A stretch of 64,000 nt of DNA from a virus (taxonomy: Duplodnaviria; Caudoviricetes): positions 1 to 64,000 of IMG/VR virus record IMGVR_UViG_2663763407_000006. The stretch is one strand, 5' to 3'. Position 1 is the stretch's first letter. Each line of letters opens with the position of its first letter. This document shows, one piece after another, positions 38,883-48,817 of this stretch. A model generated the notes under the pieces. That model had not been told where the DNA came from, made no database searches, and saw only the letters and a list, made by a program, of their open reading frames with translations. Made by a program: the position numbers and the translations under genes.

Positions 38883-40040
38883 CTATTTTTTCTTGTTTCT
38901 GAAATTATCATCGTCCATACAGTAATTGTATGAATCCAAGATTAGCCCGGATAATCGTAAAATATTTTCAGGGCGATCTATTATAATTTGATTGCCTGGA
39001 GCTAGCTCAAGTCCCGCTCGCTCAACTTCTGCAATAGCTTTTTCATCTAATTCAATTGGTAAGATTATCGATGGTCGCTGTTTACTATCAAAATAGCGTA
39101 CAACCCAACGGTTTGATTTTCCTTGGCAAAGAATATTGTAATAACTGGCTGTGTCTTTTGCTGAAATATCAGCCTGTTCACCAAGTAATAGTTGAATATT
39201 ACTAAAAAATAACCTTTCGTTATGCGTAGTAACTATATTTGAATTTTCAGGATCCACGACTGACGCAGTTTCATCTATTTTTTTCAGCTCTGGTGCTAGT
39301 GCGACTTCAACATCTTTGTCTTTGTTGGAAGCCATTGATAGCCCAGAAACTACCATTGCACTAACAGCTCGTTCTACTGCCATTTTTACTAGTGGTGTAA
39401 TTGTGTCGAGAAACTTTTGGTTCAACTGTCGTTGTACGCTAGAGCGACTTGCAACATAGCGGACAAAATCAGCATCAACATTCCTTAAACTATCACTGAT
39501 AACATCAGTAAATGCTGATAAGTATATGCTTTCTTCAGCTAAGGTTCGAAGTGCTTCTGGTTGGAACTGGTCGTGACGGAATTGATATAGCTGATGAGCA
39601 TCAGAGTCCGATGCTTCATCTACATCAATCTGTAGGAATGGAGAGGCATCCATAATATTTCTTTGCTTAAGGTCGGTAAAGAAACGCCATTGGGTGCCAT
39701 TAGTTATAGCTGCAATAGTGACCTCAGGTGTCGCGTTAAAGTATCTAGAAAGCTGAGGGCAATGGTTATCAAGTTTCTGATTATAGCCCTTGGCCTCAAT
39801 AAACATGACAGGAACACCATGGCAAAATAGGGCATAGTCGACTCGTTCACCTACTTTAACACCAGGGAAATCAGCGCCATATTCTGCTTTAACTTTCGTT
39901 GGGTCATAAGAGTTAAAGCCAAGAATATCTAACATTGGCAATATTAATGCTTGTTTAGTCGTTTCTTCGGTAGAACAATGATGGCTTACTTTTTTTACGT
40001 GATCAGAGTGCGCTCTTAATTTCTCAGCGAATATCTTCAT
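38883..40040 (-). CDS. HsdR_N-type (PD-(D/E)xK) nuclease-domain protein in the rex position
   Basis: EETTKQALILP...VDYAL...FIEAK...TNG; no helicase motifs; downstream of cI. Confidence 0.8.
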   Translation of the reverse strand: MKIFAEKLRAHSDHVKKVSHHCSTEETTKQALILPMLDILGFNSYDPTKVKAEYGADFPGVKVGERVDYALFCHGVPVMFIEAKGYNQKLDNHCPQLSRYFNATPEVTIAAITNGTQWRFFTDLKQRNIMDASPFLQIDVDEASDSDAHQLYQFRHDQFQPEALRTLAEESIYLSAFTDVISDSLRNVDADFVRYVASRSSVQRQLNQKFLDTITPLVKMAVERAVSAMVVSGLSMASNKDKDVEVALAPELKKIDETASVVDPENSNIVTTHNERLFFSNIQLLLGEQADISAKDTASYYNILCQGKSNRWVVRYFDSKQRPSIILPIELDEKAIAEVERAGLELAPGNQIIIDRPENILRLSGLILDSYNYCMDDDNFRNKKK

Positions 40041-40107
40041 ATTTTCCTTTAACTCTTAGGTTGAGTGACACTCCTACCCTCATTGGACTACTTAGAAGTT
40101 AGAGCTA

Positions 40108-40821
40108 TCAATAATCCAGAACTGACCACCAAAACACGCGGCCAATAATTTCTACGGTTTCTCCGTCAGCATCTTCATCTGGGTGCTCGACTTTATTAAA
40201 GCTGCGGATACTTAGCTTATTTCCTGGCATACGATATAAAAGCTTAAGGCGTTTTAATCCGTCTTGATTGATTGCATATATTTTACCATCGATAATTTTT
40301 TTATTTGCACAATCAACAGCTACTGTCGTACCGTTTGGTAGAATCGGCTCCATGCTATTTCCATGGGCTGGAAAGCAAATAACATTCTCTTTCTGAGCAC
40401 CAACTCGTCGCAAGGTCGATTTCGAAAAGCGAAGTTTAAAACCATTGTAGTCTTGATCACAAAAGCTACCATCACCGGCAGCAAGTTCAATATCACGTAA
40501 GAATGGTACTTCGACCTCGTCTTCGTGAATTGGGCACTGACTATCCCAAGGTATAATATTCCCCCATTCATTCTCAGAAGGAATATTTGATTCCTGATTT
40601 ATTGTTTTAGTCGATTCCTTCATCGGCAAAATCCCTTCTCCAAGCCATTCCGGGCGTACCTGGAGTGCGCGGGAAATTTCCAGTAGCTTAGTGGTGCTCT
40701 GGCTTTTACCGGACGTTATTTTTTGAATAGCAGCTTGTGAAACTCCAGCCTTCTCAGCTAGCGCAGCCTGAGTTAGCCCAGATTCCTTCATGGCTACTTT
40801 CAATCTTTGTGCAAGTGTCAT
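40108..40821 (-). CDS. cI: CI repressor (HTH plus S24 autopeptidase)
   Basis: HTH LTQAALAEKAGVSQAAIQKI; AAG cleavage site, GNSMEP, LKLL. Confidence 0.93.
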   Translation of the reverse strand: MTLAQRLKVAMKESGLTQAALAEKAGVSQAAIQKITSGKSQSTTKLLEISRALQVRPEWLGEGILPMKESTKTINQESNIPSENEWGNIIPWDSQCPIHEDEVEVPFLRDIELAAGDGSFCDQDYNGFKLRFSKSTLRRVGAQKENVICFPAHGNSMEPILPNGTTVAVDCANKKIIDGKIYAINQDGLKRLKLLYRMPGNKLSIRSFNKVEHPDEDADGETVEIIGRVFWWSVLDY

Positions 40822-40838
40822 TCCCATCCTCGCAAAAT

Positions 40839-40929
40839 ACAACCTTAGTTATACTCGGTCAAATCACTATTGTTGTTGCTTAAAAACAACCTTGGTTGTA
40901 TATTTGCAGTTAAATACAACAAAGGTGAT
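40839..40929. promoter_or_regulatory. OR region: four 14-bp 434-like operators
   Basis: ACAAC-N4-GTTGT variants at 40839, 40863, 40886 (perfect) and 40916. Confidence 0.78.
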
Positions 40930-40933
40930 TGAA

Positions 40934-41200
40934 ATGGATAATGTAATTAAGACGGCAATTAAAATTGTTGGCACTCAAAAGAGACTAGCAGAGGCGTGCG
41001 GCGTTACTCAGGCGGCCGTTCAAAAATGGTTATGCGGCAAAGCAAAGGTAGCCCCGAGAAATGTTAAATTTCTCGTTGAAGCTACCAATGGTGAGGTACA
41101 AGCGCATCAAGTTCGCCCTGATTTACCAGACTTATTTCCGCATCCTCATCCGCATCCAGAGCCTGAAGCTAGCCTAACCCAATCCCACTCACAAATCTGA
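40934..41200 (+). CDS. cro: Cro/YdaS-like repressor
   Basis: GTQKRLAEACGVTQAAVQKW...RPDLPDLFP; start reassigned. Confidence 0.85.
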   Translation: MDNVIKTAIKIVGTQKRLAEACGVTQAAVQKWLCGKAKVAPRNVKFLVEATNGEVQAHQVRPDLPDLFPHPHPHPEPEASLTQSHSQI

Positions 41201-41237
41201 TTATCAATAATCAATTTCCTGCGACAGGAGACGCAAC

Positions 41238-41702
41238 GTGGAACAAGAAATCAAAGCCCTTAAAGCCGAAGTTCAGGCGTGGGCGGCAGAGCGGGGGCAG
41301 GAGCATGTAGCTATCGAGATCAGCAGAATGTTTTTCTTGCTCAATATCAACACCGGTTCAGTTCGTCTCACTCCCATTGAAAACGGGCAGGGCGGCGCTG
41401 ATTGGAAGTCTATTAATAACAACCGGCAGCAGTTATTTCGCTGGCTGCGCGGGGATTCAAAAGCATCAATGCGCAAGGTCTTGGAATTATCACCGGTACT
41501 TAAAGCGGCACTCCCGGCAGAACGGCGGGCCAGGGTGAATGGCGAGACCGTGAATTATTTGGTTTCGATTGCTAGCCGAGAGTTTGCCGCAGCAATTAGC
41601 GCGGTTCTATTAGATGGCTGTGACATGTCACAAAGAATATCGGGCGCTGTTGCGGCACTTCACGCAATCAGACCACAACACCAACGGCTGACCACCGTAT
41701 AA
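41238..41702 (+). CDS. CII/YdaT-like regulator
   Basis: WAAERGQEHVA...NRQQLFRWL; AGGAG SD; follows cro. Confidence 0.75.
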   Translation: MEQEIKALKAEVQAWAAERGQEHVAIEISRMFFLLNINTGSVRLTPIENGQGGADWKSINNNRQQLFRWLRGDSKASMRKVLELSPVLKAALPAERRARVNGETVNYLVSIASREFAAAISAVLLDGCDMSQRISGAVAALHAIRPQHQRLTTV

Positions 41703-41718
41703 AACAGAGGCAAGACCA

Positions 41719-41943
41719 ATGCTTACATCTATCGACAAAATCACCTGGCGCAATGGATTCCGGCTTAACGGCCAACCGGCAAGTATGGCTGACATCGCCC
41801 CTATTTTTGCCGGGCGTCAGGTAGCCGCCTATAGCGTGTGGGAGCAGTACGAGCAGAAGAAAGCTGACCTGCGCGGGATGAACCTATCGCCTGACGATTA
41901 TCAGTCTGCCTGTCGGCAAATAGCCGCAGCGCTGGGGATCTGA
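41719..41943 (+). CDS. Hypothetical protein preceding the replication initiator
   Basis: ORF with GAGG SD; stops 2 nt before the O-like gene. Confidence 0.7.
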   Translation: MLTSIDKITWRNGFRLNGQPASMADIAPIFAGRQVAAYSVWEQYEQKKADLRGMNLSPDDYQSACRQIAAALGI

Positions 41944-41945
41944 CT

Positions 41946-42920
41946 ATGAGCATGAATCTAATGGCTAAGGCCATGAGTATCAAAGTCGGGAACCCGTTAC
42001 GTAAATTGGTACTGATAAAATTAGCCGACAATGCCAACGATCAGGGCGAGTGCTGGCCATCGGTTCCCTATATTGCTGAACAGTGTGAAATATCCGAACG
42101 CTCGGTACAGAATCATATCCAACAACTGGTAAAAAATGGGCTGGTTAGGATTGAAGAGCGTAAATCTGAAAATGGCTTAAATCGCTCAAATGTTTATCAC
42201 CTGCGCTTAAATTCCGCTGGTGCAAATGCTGCACCCTATGGTGAATCTCCTGCACCCTCTGGTGCAAACGGTGCACCGGTTAGTGGTGCAAATGCTGCAC
42301 CCAGAACCAGTCACTCTTTTGAATCAGTCATAGATCCCAATACACCCCTTACCCCTCAAGGGGGAACTGAAAATATTCTCGCTGACGCTGAAAGGGCGTT
42401 GGCGTATTACAACCAACTCACTCACACCCGATGTGAAGACCCAGGGCCATTTGAAATCTTGCTGACAACAACCAAATCGCGCAAAGCCTATGCGCTGGTT
42501 GATTTGCAGTTGGTGACCCATTGGGTGGTCAGCACATGGAAACCACGTAACGGCAAGTATGCCAAGCCTGCGAATATCTGCCGCGTGAATCGGTTCGATG
42601 GTTATCTGGCCGATGCCCGCGCATGGTCTGAGTCTGCAGGGCGGATTGATTGCGATGCAGTCATTGCTGCATACAACCGTGTGTTCAGCGATGTTTTGCC
42701 ACTGGCTGAAATCGATCAAGACCGTAAGCACGCTATCCGCGAATTACTCCAATACCTCAAAACCAAAGATCTTGAAGCGTTTCAGGGCTATTTCGAGGCG
42801 TTCCGCGAACAGGCTCCGGTGTTTTATTTCGGTGGTGATGATGGTTCCCACTGGCGCGCCAATTTTGATTATTTGATGAAACCGGACGTGTTGAGAAAAA
42901 CCCGCGATGGTGCGCTATGA
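41946..42920 (+). CDS. Replication initiator (O-like, N-terminal HTH)
   Basis: KLVLIKLADNANDQGECWPS; internal iterons; WRANFDYL. Confidence 0.88.
   Translation: MSMNLMAKAMSIKVGNPLRKLVLIKLADNANDQGECWPSVPYIAEQCEISERSVQNHIQQLVKNGLVRIEERKSENGLNRSNVYHLRLNSAGANAAPYGESPAPSGANGAPVSGANAAPRTSHSFESVIDPNTPLTPQGGTENILADAERALAYYNQLTHTRCEDPGPFEILLTTTKSRKAYALVDLQLVTHWVVSTWKPRNGKYAKPANICRVNRFDGYLADARAWSESAGRIDCDAVIAAYNRVFSDVLPLAEIDQDRKHAIRELLQYLKTKDLEAFQGYFEAFREQAPVFYFGGDDGSHWRANFDYLMKPDVLRKTRDGAL
42219..42301. repeat. Four 17-bp iterons (origin)
   Basis: GGTGCAAATGCTGCACC variants at 42219, 42240, 42261 and 42285. Confidence 0.8.
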
Positions 42921-44290
42921 AACCTCAAGAGTTAGAAGCGGCAATTCTATCCGGCCTGCTGTATGGCGGCTCAACCCCTGATGCGTTGGAGGTTATTGCC
43001 ACACTGCCGGAAGAGGCATTTAGCATCAGGATTTATCGTTCTGCCTATGCGGAAATTAAAAAGCAGGCACTGACCAAAGGGATGATCGATGTTCTGTTTG
43101 TCAGTGAGGCGCTGGGCGGTAGTAGTCTGGCTACGCTATCTGAAATTGTCCGTATGCCGGGCAACGTGGCGAACCTGAAAGGCTATGCCGCCCATGCCCG
43201 TAAGATTTGGTATAGCCGCACCATGACCGCATTATTTCAGACCGCGGCTGACGGCATCCGAGGGGCGAACAATCAGGAACAGCGCGATCAGGTGATACAG
43301 GGAGCGGTAACACAGCTAATTGATATGACGGCAGATAGCGGCGGCATTATCCCGGTGCATCTAAATGACTTATTGCCCGGCTATATGGACATGCTGGATA
43401 AGCGCATGAATGGTGAAATTGAGTCAATGAACCTGCAAAGCGGCATTGTCGAGCTGGATGCCATCACCGGTGGCTTTAACCCGCAGGACTTGGTGGTTAT
43501 CGCCGGGCGTCCGGGGATGGGTAAGACCGAGTTTGCGTTGAGAATTGTTGAGGGGGCCACACAGAACGGCGGCGGGGCGCTGATATTCAGTATGGAAATG
43601 GCTTCCCTACAGATGGTAGAGCGTTCCGTTGCCGGGGTCGGTAATTTGCCGGTGTCAAAATTGCGTGACCCTAAAACCTTATGTGACGAGGACTGGGCGC
43701 GCATTAACTCTGCACTACAGGCATTGAATGGCCGTGATATTTGGATTGTTGATGCCAGCGAACTAACCATCGATCAGATACGGGCTATCGCCGAAACACA
43801 CAAGCGCCGGTACCCGCAATTAAGAATGGTGATGGTTGATTATCTTGGCCTGATTACCAAACCCAAGGCGGAGCGTAATGACCTATCAGTCGGCATCATT
43901 TCACGCGGCTTAAAAACACTGGCCGGTCGGATAAACACCCCGATTTTTGCCCTTAGCCAGTTATCCCGAAAAGTGGATGAACGGCCACCGGGTAGCCGTA
44001 GGCCAATCAGTTCCGATCTCAGAGACTCCGGTTCAATCGAGCAGGATGCTGACAGCATCATTATGTTGTATCGAGAGGCGGTTTATAACGCCGATAGTCC
44101 GGCGGCCAGATTTGCCGAGGCCATTGTAACCAAAAACCGATTTGGTGAGCCCGGCACCGTTTATCAGGAATTTAAAAACGGCCACTTTCTGCCGGTGGAT
44201 CAACTAGTGGCAAAGGAAGCCAGCCGAATAGCAAAAGAGGCATCAAGGCCACCGACCAAAGAAAAACACTATTCAACACCTAAATTTTAA
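42917..44290 (+). CDS. DnaB-like replicative helicase
   Basis: AGRPGMGKT, FSMEM, VDYLGL, LSQLSR, DLRDSGSIEQDAD, KNRFG. Confidence 0.95.
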   Translation: MKPQELEAAILSGLLYGGSTPDALEVIATLPEEAFSIRIYRSAYAEIKKQALTKGMIDVLFVSEALGGSSLATLSEIVRMPGNVANLKGYAAHARKIWYSRTMTALFQTAADGIRGANNQEQRDQVIQGAVTQLIDMTADSGGIIPVHLNDLLPGYMDMLDKRMNGEIESMNLQSGIVELDAITGGFNPQDLVVIAGRPGMGKTEFALRIVEGATQNGGGALIFSMEMASLQMVERSVAGVGNLPVSKLRDPKTLCDEDWARINSALQALNGRDIWIVDASELTIDQIRAIAETHKRRYPQLRMVMVDYLGLITKPKAERNDLSVGIISRGLKTLAGRINTPIFALSQLSRKVDERPPGSRRPISSDLRDSGSIEQDADSIIMLYREAVYNADSPAARFAEAIVTKNRFGEPGTVYQEFKNGHFLPVDQLVAKEASRIAKEASRPPTKEKHYSTPKF

Positions 44291-44333
44291 CCGCGCCTGA
44301 CCAGCGTGTGAACTAACCCAAAGAGGCAAGACC

Positions 44334-44756
44334 ATGCATACAATCAATGAATACATCAATGAAAAACGTCCGGTTATTGACGATGGCTGCGACCACGGCC
44401 CGGCAATAATAGATCGTATCAATCAAGCAGCTCGCGCTCGTCTGCGTGTCCCATATGTTCCCGCACCAAAGCTGGATAAGGTGGCTGAACCTGTCATTGA
44501 ACATGGCGCCATGGTGAAAATCGGTAACCGTATTAGCTATGGTCGCCGCGTTATGACCGGCATTTATGAATTACAGCGCCTTGGCCGTTCCCCGCAACGT
44601 ATTTCAGTCATGCTAAAAATGCCGCTGGATAGAGTTGAGCACATTCTTAAAGCAGATACCCCGGTAAGACTGGAACTACTCAACAAAGTAAAGGCCGGGC
44701 CACTCCCCAGCGAACCCAACATCATGAAACGCCTGGCGGCTGAGTCGAGGGCGTAA
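44334..44756 (+). CDS. Hypothetical phage protein (possible HTH)
   Basis: GAGG SD; GRSPQRISVMLKMPLDRVEHIL. Confidence 0.7.
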   Translation: MHTINEYINEKRPVIDDGCDHGPAIIDRINQAARARLRVPYVPAPKLDKVAEPVIEHGAMVKIGNRISYGRRVMTGIYELQRLGRSPQRISVMLKMPLDRVEHILKADTPVRLELLNKVKAGPLPSEPNIMKRLAAESRA

Positions 44757-44758
44757 CC

Positions 44759-45010
44759 ATGGCCGGGCAATCGGATTATCTCCCACCCGGACTCCCGTAC
44801 AACATTTGCCTCTGGCCTCAGGAATACCAAGAAAAGCTAAATCTTGATTTGAGGGCCAGCGGCTTAATCAAAAATCTGTACGAGCGTAGAACCCACCGCG
44901 CCCACGTACTGGAAGCGATTGAACGGGTACCGGTGCATTATCGGGAGTTTTTTAAACAGCGCTTAAATTACTGGCGTGACCGTAGAGACCACAGAGGTGA
45001 GACCAAATGA
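44759..45010 (+). CDS. Hypothetical phage protein
   Basis: MAGQSDYLPPGLP; coupled to its neighbours. Confidence 0.7.
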   Translation: MAGQSDYLPPGLPYNICLWPQEYQEKLNLDLRASGLIKNLYERRTHRAHVLEAIERVPVHYREFFKQRLNYWRDRRDHRGETK

Positions 45011-45126
45011 ATATATCAACCGATGGCATGATCGCTGCAATTCGTTCAGCAGCCGAGAGAGTGGAACCGCGTGAAAGTGAGGTGCTAAATGGTAGTTTCA
45101 ACCAATTAAAAAGGGCTGATATGTAG
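45007..45126 (+). pseudogene. 39-aa ORF, probably a truncated gene at the cargo junction
   Basis: GAGGTG SD and ATGA coupling, but ends as the sequence turns AT-rich. Confidence 0.4.
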
Positions 45127-45327
45127 TGAAATACGACGAATACTGTTGAGTTGGCCGTGGGTTAACTGAGATTGATGGTTTAACGCTGTCGGGCATATCG
45201 TTAGGAGCTAAAGACCTAAATTGGCCGGTAAGAAAGTATTAATATTTCTAATGTTAGTATTGATTTTGTTTCTAAGTGTGTAAGTATGTGTTTTGAGATT
45301 TACACACAAAAATAGTATGGAGTTATT

Positions 45328-46659
45328 ATGCCAATCCCAGCACAGCTAATAGGTTGTTTCTTTTATCATTTTACCTCAATAGAAAATTTTAGGTCAATTT
45401 TAGAACATGGCTTTCTTAGCCCAAAAGAGAAAGAAAGAAAAGGTATAAATCATTTAGATGTAGCAAATAATGAAATACAAGAACGTAGACGAGCTATGAT
45501 TGTGTCATGTAACAGTCCAACGACTGTCCATGACTATGTTCCTTTTTATTTTGCTAAGCGTACATCAATGCTTGCATCAATTATAAATGATAGAAAAATA
45601 GACCAGAAAAATATTATTTATTTTGCATTACCAATTGAATTGTCAGAACATACTGGAATAGCATTTACAGACTCTTCTGCGAATAAAATTGAACCTCCAA
45701 ATTTCTTTAACTCCTCAAATGATTTAGAAAAATTATCTTGGGATATTATAAATAAGGATAAATGGAAAGTCGATTGTGAAGAACAACGAAATATAAGAAT
45801 GGCGGAATTTTTATATCCAACTAGCTTGGCATTCTCTCATGTTGCAAAAATGATAGTTTGGGATAATGAAATAAAAAACAAACTTGAGGATATTGCCGCA
45901 TCTCTCGATACCCACCTCCCATACATATCTACTTATGATCATAAGCAGCACTATTTTGTAGCTAACTGGAAAAATGAAAATGAGCCACCTGTATCTATAG
46001 TAACAGGGCCAGATTCACTATTTAAACTAGTAAATGAAATAATATATAAAATTAATGATATGACGAATCATTTGTCTCCTAAAAAATCCATATGTAAACT
46101 TGTAAGTGAGATTAGATCTGATTTTTGTTGTTTAAAGGAACTTGCAGATATTGATGGCATGCAGACAAGTAATAACATTCATCATGAGGATGTAGGGGCG
46201 CATAGTAGGAGTGTTGCAAAAAATATAGTCAATTCGGAGTTATATGCTAAATTAAGTAATGATAATAAAGCGTTACTAGAACTAGCTGCGTACTTGCATG
46301 ATATAGGAAAGGGGCCAAAGTCTAGGTGGGTAAATGAAGTTCAAGATGTTGATAACGAACACTGTTGCAAATCTTTGCCTATGCTCGAGCGAATTATCGT
46401 TGAAGAGCTAGGTTCGATTCCCGTAGATACGCTTCGTAAACTGATTACATTTGTTGTATATGATGACATAATCGGAGAAATTGTCGCCAAAGGAAGGAAG
46501 GAATCTGAGTTTTTCCGAGTAGTGAAAGATAAAGAGGATGTTGACATGATAATTGAACTAGGAAAAGCCGATATGGCGGCAATTAATCCGGCTTGGATCG
46601 ATATGCATTCTCAAGCAATCGAGAATGTACGTCAACGCGCCTATATTGCTATAGAGTAA
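45328..46659 (+). CDS. darT: DarT DNA ADP-ribosyltransferase fused to an HD domain
   Basis: FYHFTSIEN, HDYVPFYF, FTD, MAEFL; C-terminal AHS...YLHDIGKG...KAD. Confidence 0.85.
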   Translation: MPIPAQLIGCFFYHFTSIENFRSILEHGFLSPKEKERKGINHLDVANNEIQERRRAMIVSCNSPTTVHDYVPFYFAKRTSMLASIINDRKIDQKNIIYFALPIELSEHTGIAFTDSSANKIEPPNFFNSSNDLEKLSWDIINKDKWKVDCEEQRNIRMAEFLYPTSLAFSHVAKMIVWDNEIKNKLEDIAASLDTHLPYISTYDHKQHYFVANWKNENEPPVSIVTGPDSLFKLVNEIIYKINDMTNHLSPKKSICKLVSEIRSDFCCLKELADIDGMQTSNNIHHEDVGAHSRSVAKNIVNSELYAKLSNDNKALLELAAYLHDIGKGPKSRWVNEVQDVDNEHCCKSLPMLERIIVEELGSIPVDTLRKLITFVVYDDIIGEIVAKGRKESEFFRVVKDKEDVDMIIELGKADMAAINPAWIDMHSQAIENVRQRAYIAIE

Positions 46660-46669
46660 GGTTTTAATA

Positions 46670-47779
46670 ATGTTAACTTTTGTAGACGGTGACTTTTTTG
46701 ATTATGATGCTGACATTCGTATAAACACTGTTAACTGTGTCGGTGTTATGGGTGCTGGCGTAGCTTTAGCTTTTAAGCATAGATATCCGATGATGTATGA
46801 TGAATATGTGGATCAATGTAATAAAGGCCTAATCAAACCAGGAGTCCCTACAGTTTGGTCTCAGGAAGATTTGACATTAAAAAAAATAGAAATAATTAAT
46901 TTCCCTACGAAATCACATTGGAAGAAAAAGTCTGAATATACCTATATATCTGATGGGTTGGAATGGCTTTCAAACTATCTATTAGATAAAAAAGATAAGG
47001 TTGTCACATTACCTGCATTGGGATGTGGGCATGGAGGGCTTGAGTGGGAAAAGGTAAAAGAGATGATAATTAATTATCTTGACGGTTCTCCGTCGAATAT
47101 ATTAGTTTTTGAACCGAAAAGCTCAAAGCAAGCTGGTTCATTAAGTTTGGAGGGAAGAGTAAAAAATAAGAATGCTTCAAAAATAAAAGTATTAAAAAAA
47201 TTATCGAATGAATATCCGATGAAGCTTGCTGGATATACAGGGAAAGATTTATTTGTTTTTAACTATAAAAAACTTCCACAAGATTTTGATATAACACTTG
47301 TTATTAGTTCCAAACCAGATGAAGTGGAAATGAATATTATAAATAAAATTATTTATTTTTGCGCTAAAAATAACCTAAGTGTTTTGTTTGGGCCTACATT
47401 AATTGAAAAAAAAATAGCACTGAACCTTTCACGTAAAGGTAATGTAATAGGGGTTTTTCTTCCTACTAATATTTTCAATTCAGCTGATGAATTATCTGTG
47501 AAAGATTCTAATATAGTGCTGCTTTCTATTGGCGATCCATTAGTCTCTTTCGATAAAAAAGAATACTTACCATCAGTAATTAGTCGTATATATTTATCTA
47601 AATACACAATATTTACTACACCTAGGCTAGAGTGGTTAAAGAAAAGGGAAAATGACTTTTTGTCCTCTGACAGTAAGTTGTTATATATCGACTATGAGAA
47701 CTTGAAAGATGAAGATAGAAAATCGGTCGAGATACTTGGAGGCGTTCCTTTAAGTGTTGATGATATGACAATTTTTTAG
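46670..47779 (+). CDS. darG: DarG macrodomain antitoxin with a DprA/SLOG-like C-terminus
   Basis: NTVNCVGVMGAGVALAFK, INFPTK, PALGCGHGGL. Confidence 0.85.
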   Translation: MLTFVDGDFFDYDADIRINTVNCVGVMGAGVALAFKHRYPMMYDEYVDQCNKGLIKPGVPTVWSQEDLTLKKIEIINFPTKSHWKKKSEYTYISDGLEWLSNYLLDKKDKVVTLPALGCGHGGLEWEKVKEMIINYLDGSPSNILVFEPKSSKQAGSLSLEGRVKNKNASKIKVLKKLSNEYPMKLAGYTGKDLFVFNYKKLPQDFDITLVISSKPDEVEMNIINKIIYFCAKNNLSVLFGPTLIEKKIALNLSRKGNVIGVFLPTNIFNSADELSVKDSNIVLLSIGDPLVSFDKKEYLPSVISRIYLSKYTIFTTPRLEWLKKRENDFLSSDSKLLYIDYENLKDEDRKSVEILGGVPLSVDDMTIF

Positions 47780-47930
47780 AGAATTTTATTAGCTATAAAT
47801 ATATACTCACTATTCTATTATTTTTGAAATAGATAGCTAGAAAGTCTCTTCTCTGTAATACTAAATGTATCGGACTGAACACCCGATAACCTAAATATCG
47901 TGCTGCTGTGCCATACATCCGGGGGCGGAA

Positions 47931-48524
47931 ATGGCACAGTATAGTTTTACCAAATCAACAGGTGGGATCTTAGTACCGGCCACGCCGGATGCTGAGGATT
48001 TCGTTAAAAACACCAAGCTGGGGACTATTGTCACCGGCGAATTCAAACGTGTGCGTAATGCGCCGTTTCACCGTAAATTCTTCTCGTTACTCAACCTTGG
48101 TTTTGAATATTGGGAGCCAAAGGGCGGGGCGATATCACCATTTGAACTTAAATTTCTGCGTGGCTATGTAAGCCAACTTATTTCCTATGTGGGAAATGAG
48201 GGGGTTCTTCATGAGATAGCTGACGATTATCTGGCGCTGGTGGCCGGTAAACGTGCTGCAAACTTATCTACTGCAAAATCATTCCATGCTTTTCGCCGTT
48301 GGGTGACCGTTGAGTCTGGACATTATGATCTGTTCGAATTACCGGACGGCTCAACGCTGCGTGAACCTCGCTCTATTTCATTCGCGAAAATGGACGCGCT
48401 GGAATTCAACGATTTATACAAATCAGTGCTGAATGTGCTGTGGACTTTCATTCTCAGTAAATCATTCAGTCATCCATCCGAGGCGGAGAACGCTGCCAGT
48501 CAATTAATGAGCTACGCGGCTTAG
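47931..48524 (+). CDS. DUF1367-family (nin-region) protein
   Basis: RNAPFHRKFFSLL...PRSISFAKMD. Confidence 0.82.
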   Translation: MAQYSFTKSTGGILVPATPDAEDFVKNTKLGTIVTGEFKRVRNAPFHRKFFSLLNLGFEYWEPKGGAISPFELKFLRGYVSQLISYVGNEGVLHEIADDYLALVAGKRAANLSTAKSFHAFRRWVTVESGHYDLFELPDGSTLREPRSISFAKMDALEFNDLYKSVLNVLWTFILSKSFSHPSEAENAASQLMSYAA

Positions 48525-48532
48525 GGGGTGTC

Positions 48533-48817
48533 ATGGCTAATTTACGCAAAGAGGCTAGGGGCCGTGAGTGCCAAATCCGTATTCCGGGTGTATGCAATGG
48601 CAACCCTGAAACAGTGGTACTCACGCATTATCGGTTGGCAGGAACCTGCGGTACCGGAATTAAACCCTCAGATGAGCAGGCCGCGTGGGGCTGTAGTGCA
48701 TGCCATGACGAATGCGACCGCCGCACCCGGTTAATTGATGGTGACACTGCACGCCTATATCACGCCGAGGGCGTTATGCGCACGCAGGACACATTGAGAA
48801 AGGAGGGGAAGCTATGA
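48533..48817 (+). CDS. DUF1364/YbcO-like putative nuclease
   Basis: LRKEARGRECQIRIPGVC...CSACHD. Confidence 0.88.
   Translation: MANLRKEARGRECQIRIPGVCNGNPETVVLTHYRLAGTCGTGIKPSDEQAAWGCSACHDECDRRTRLIDGDTARLYHAEGVMRTQDTLRKEGKL

Noticed and set aside
42219-42301. CRISPR-like repeat array
   Set aside because: Spacers are only 4-7 nt, the repeats lie inside the initiator gene, and there are no cas genes; these are iterons
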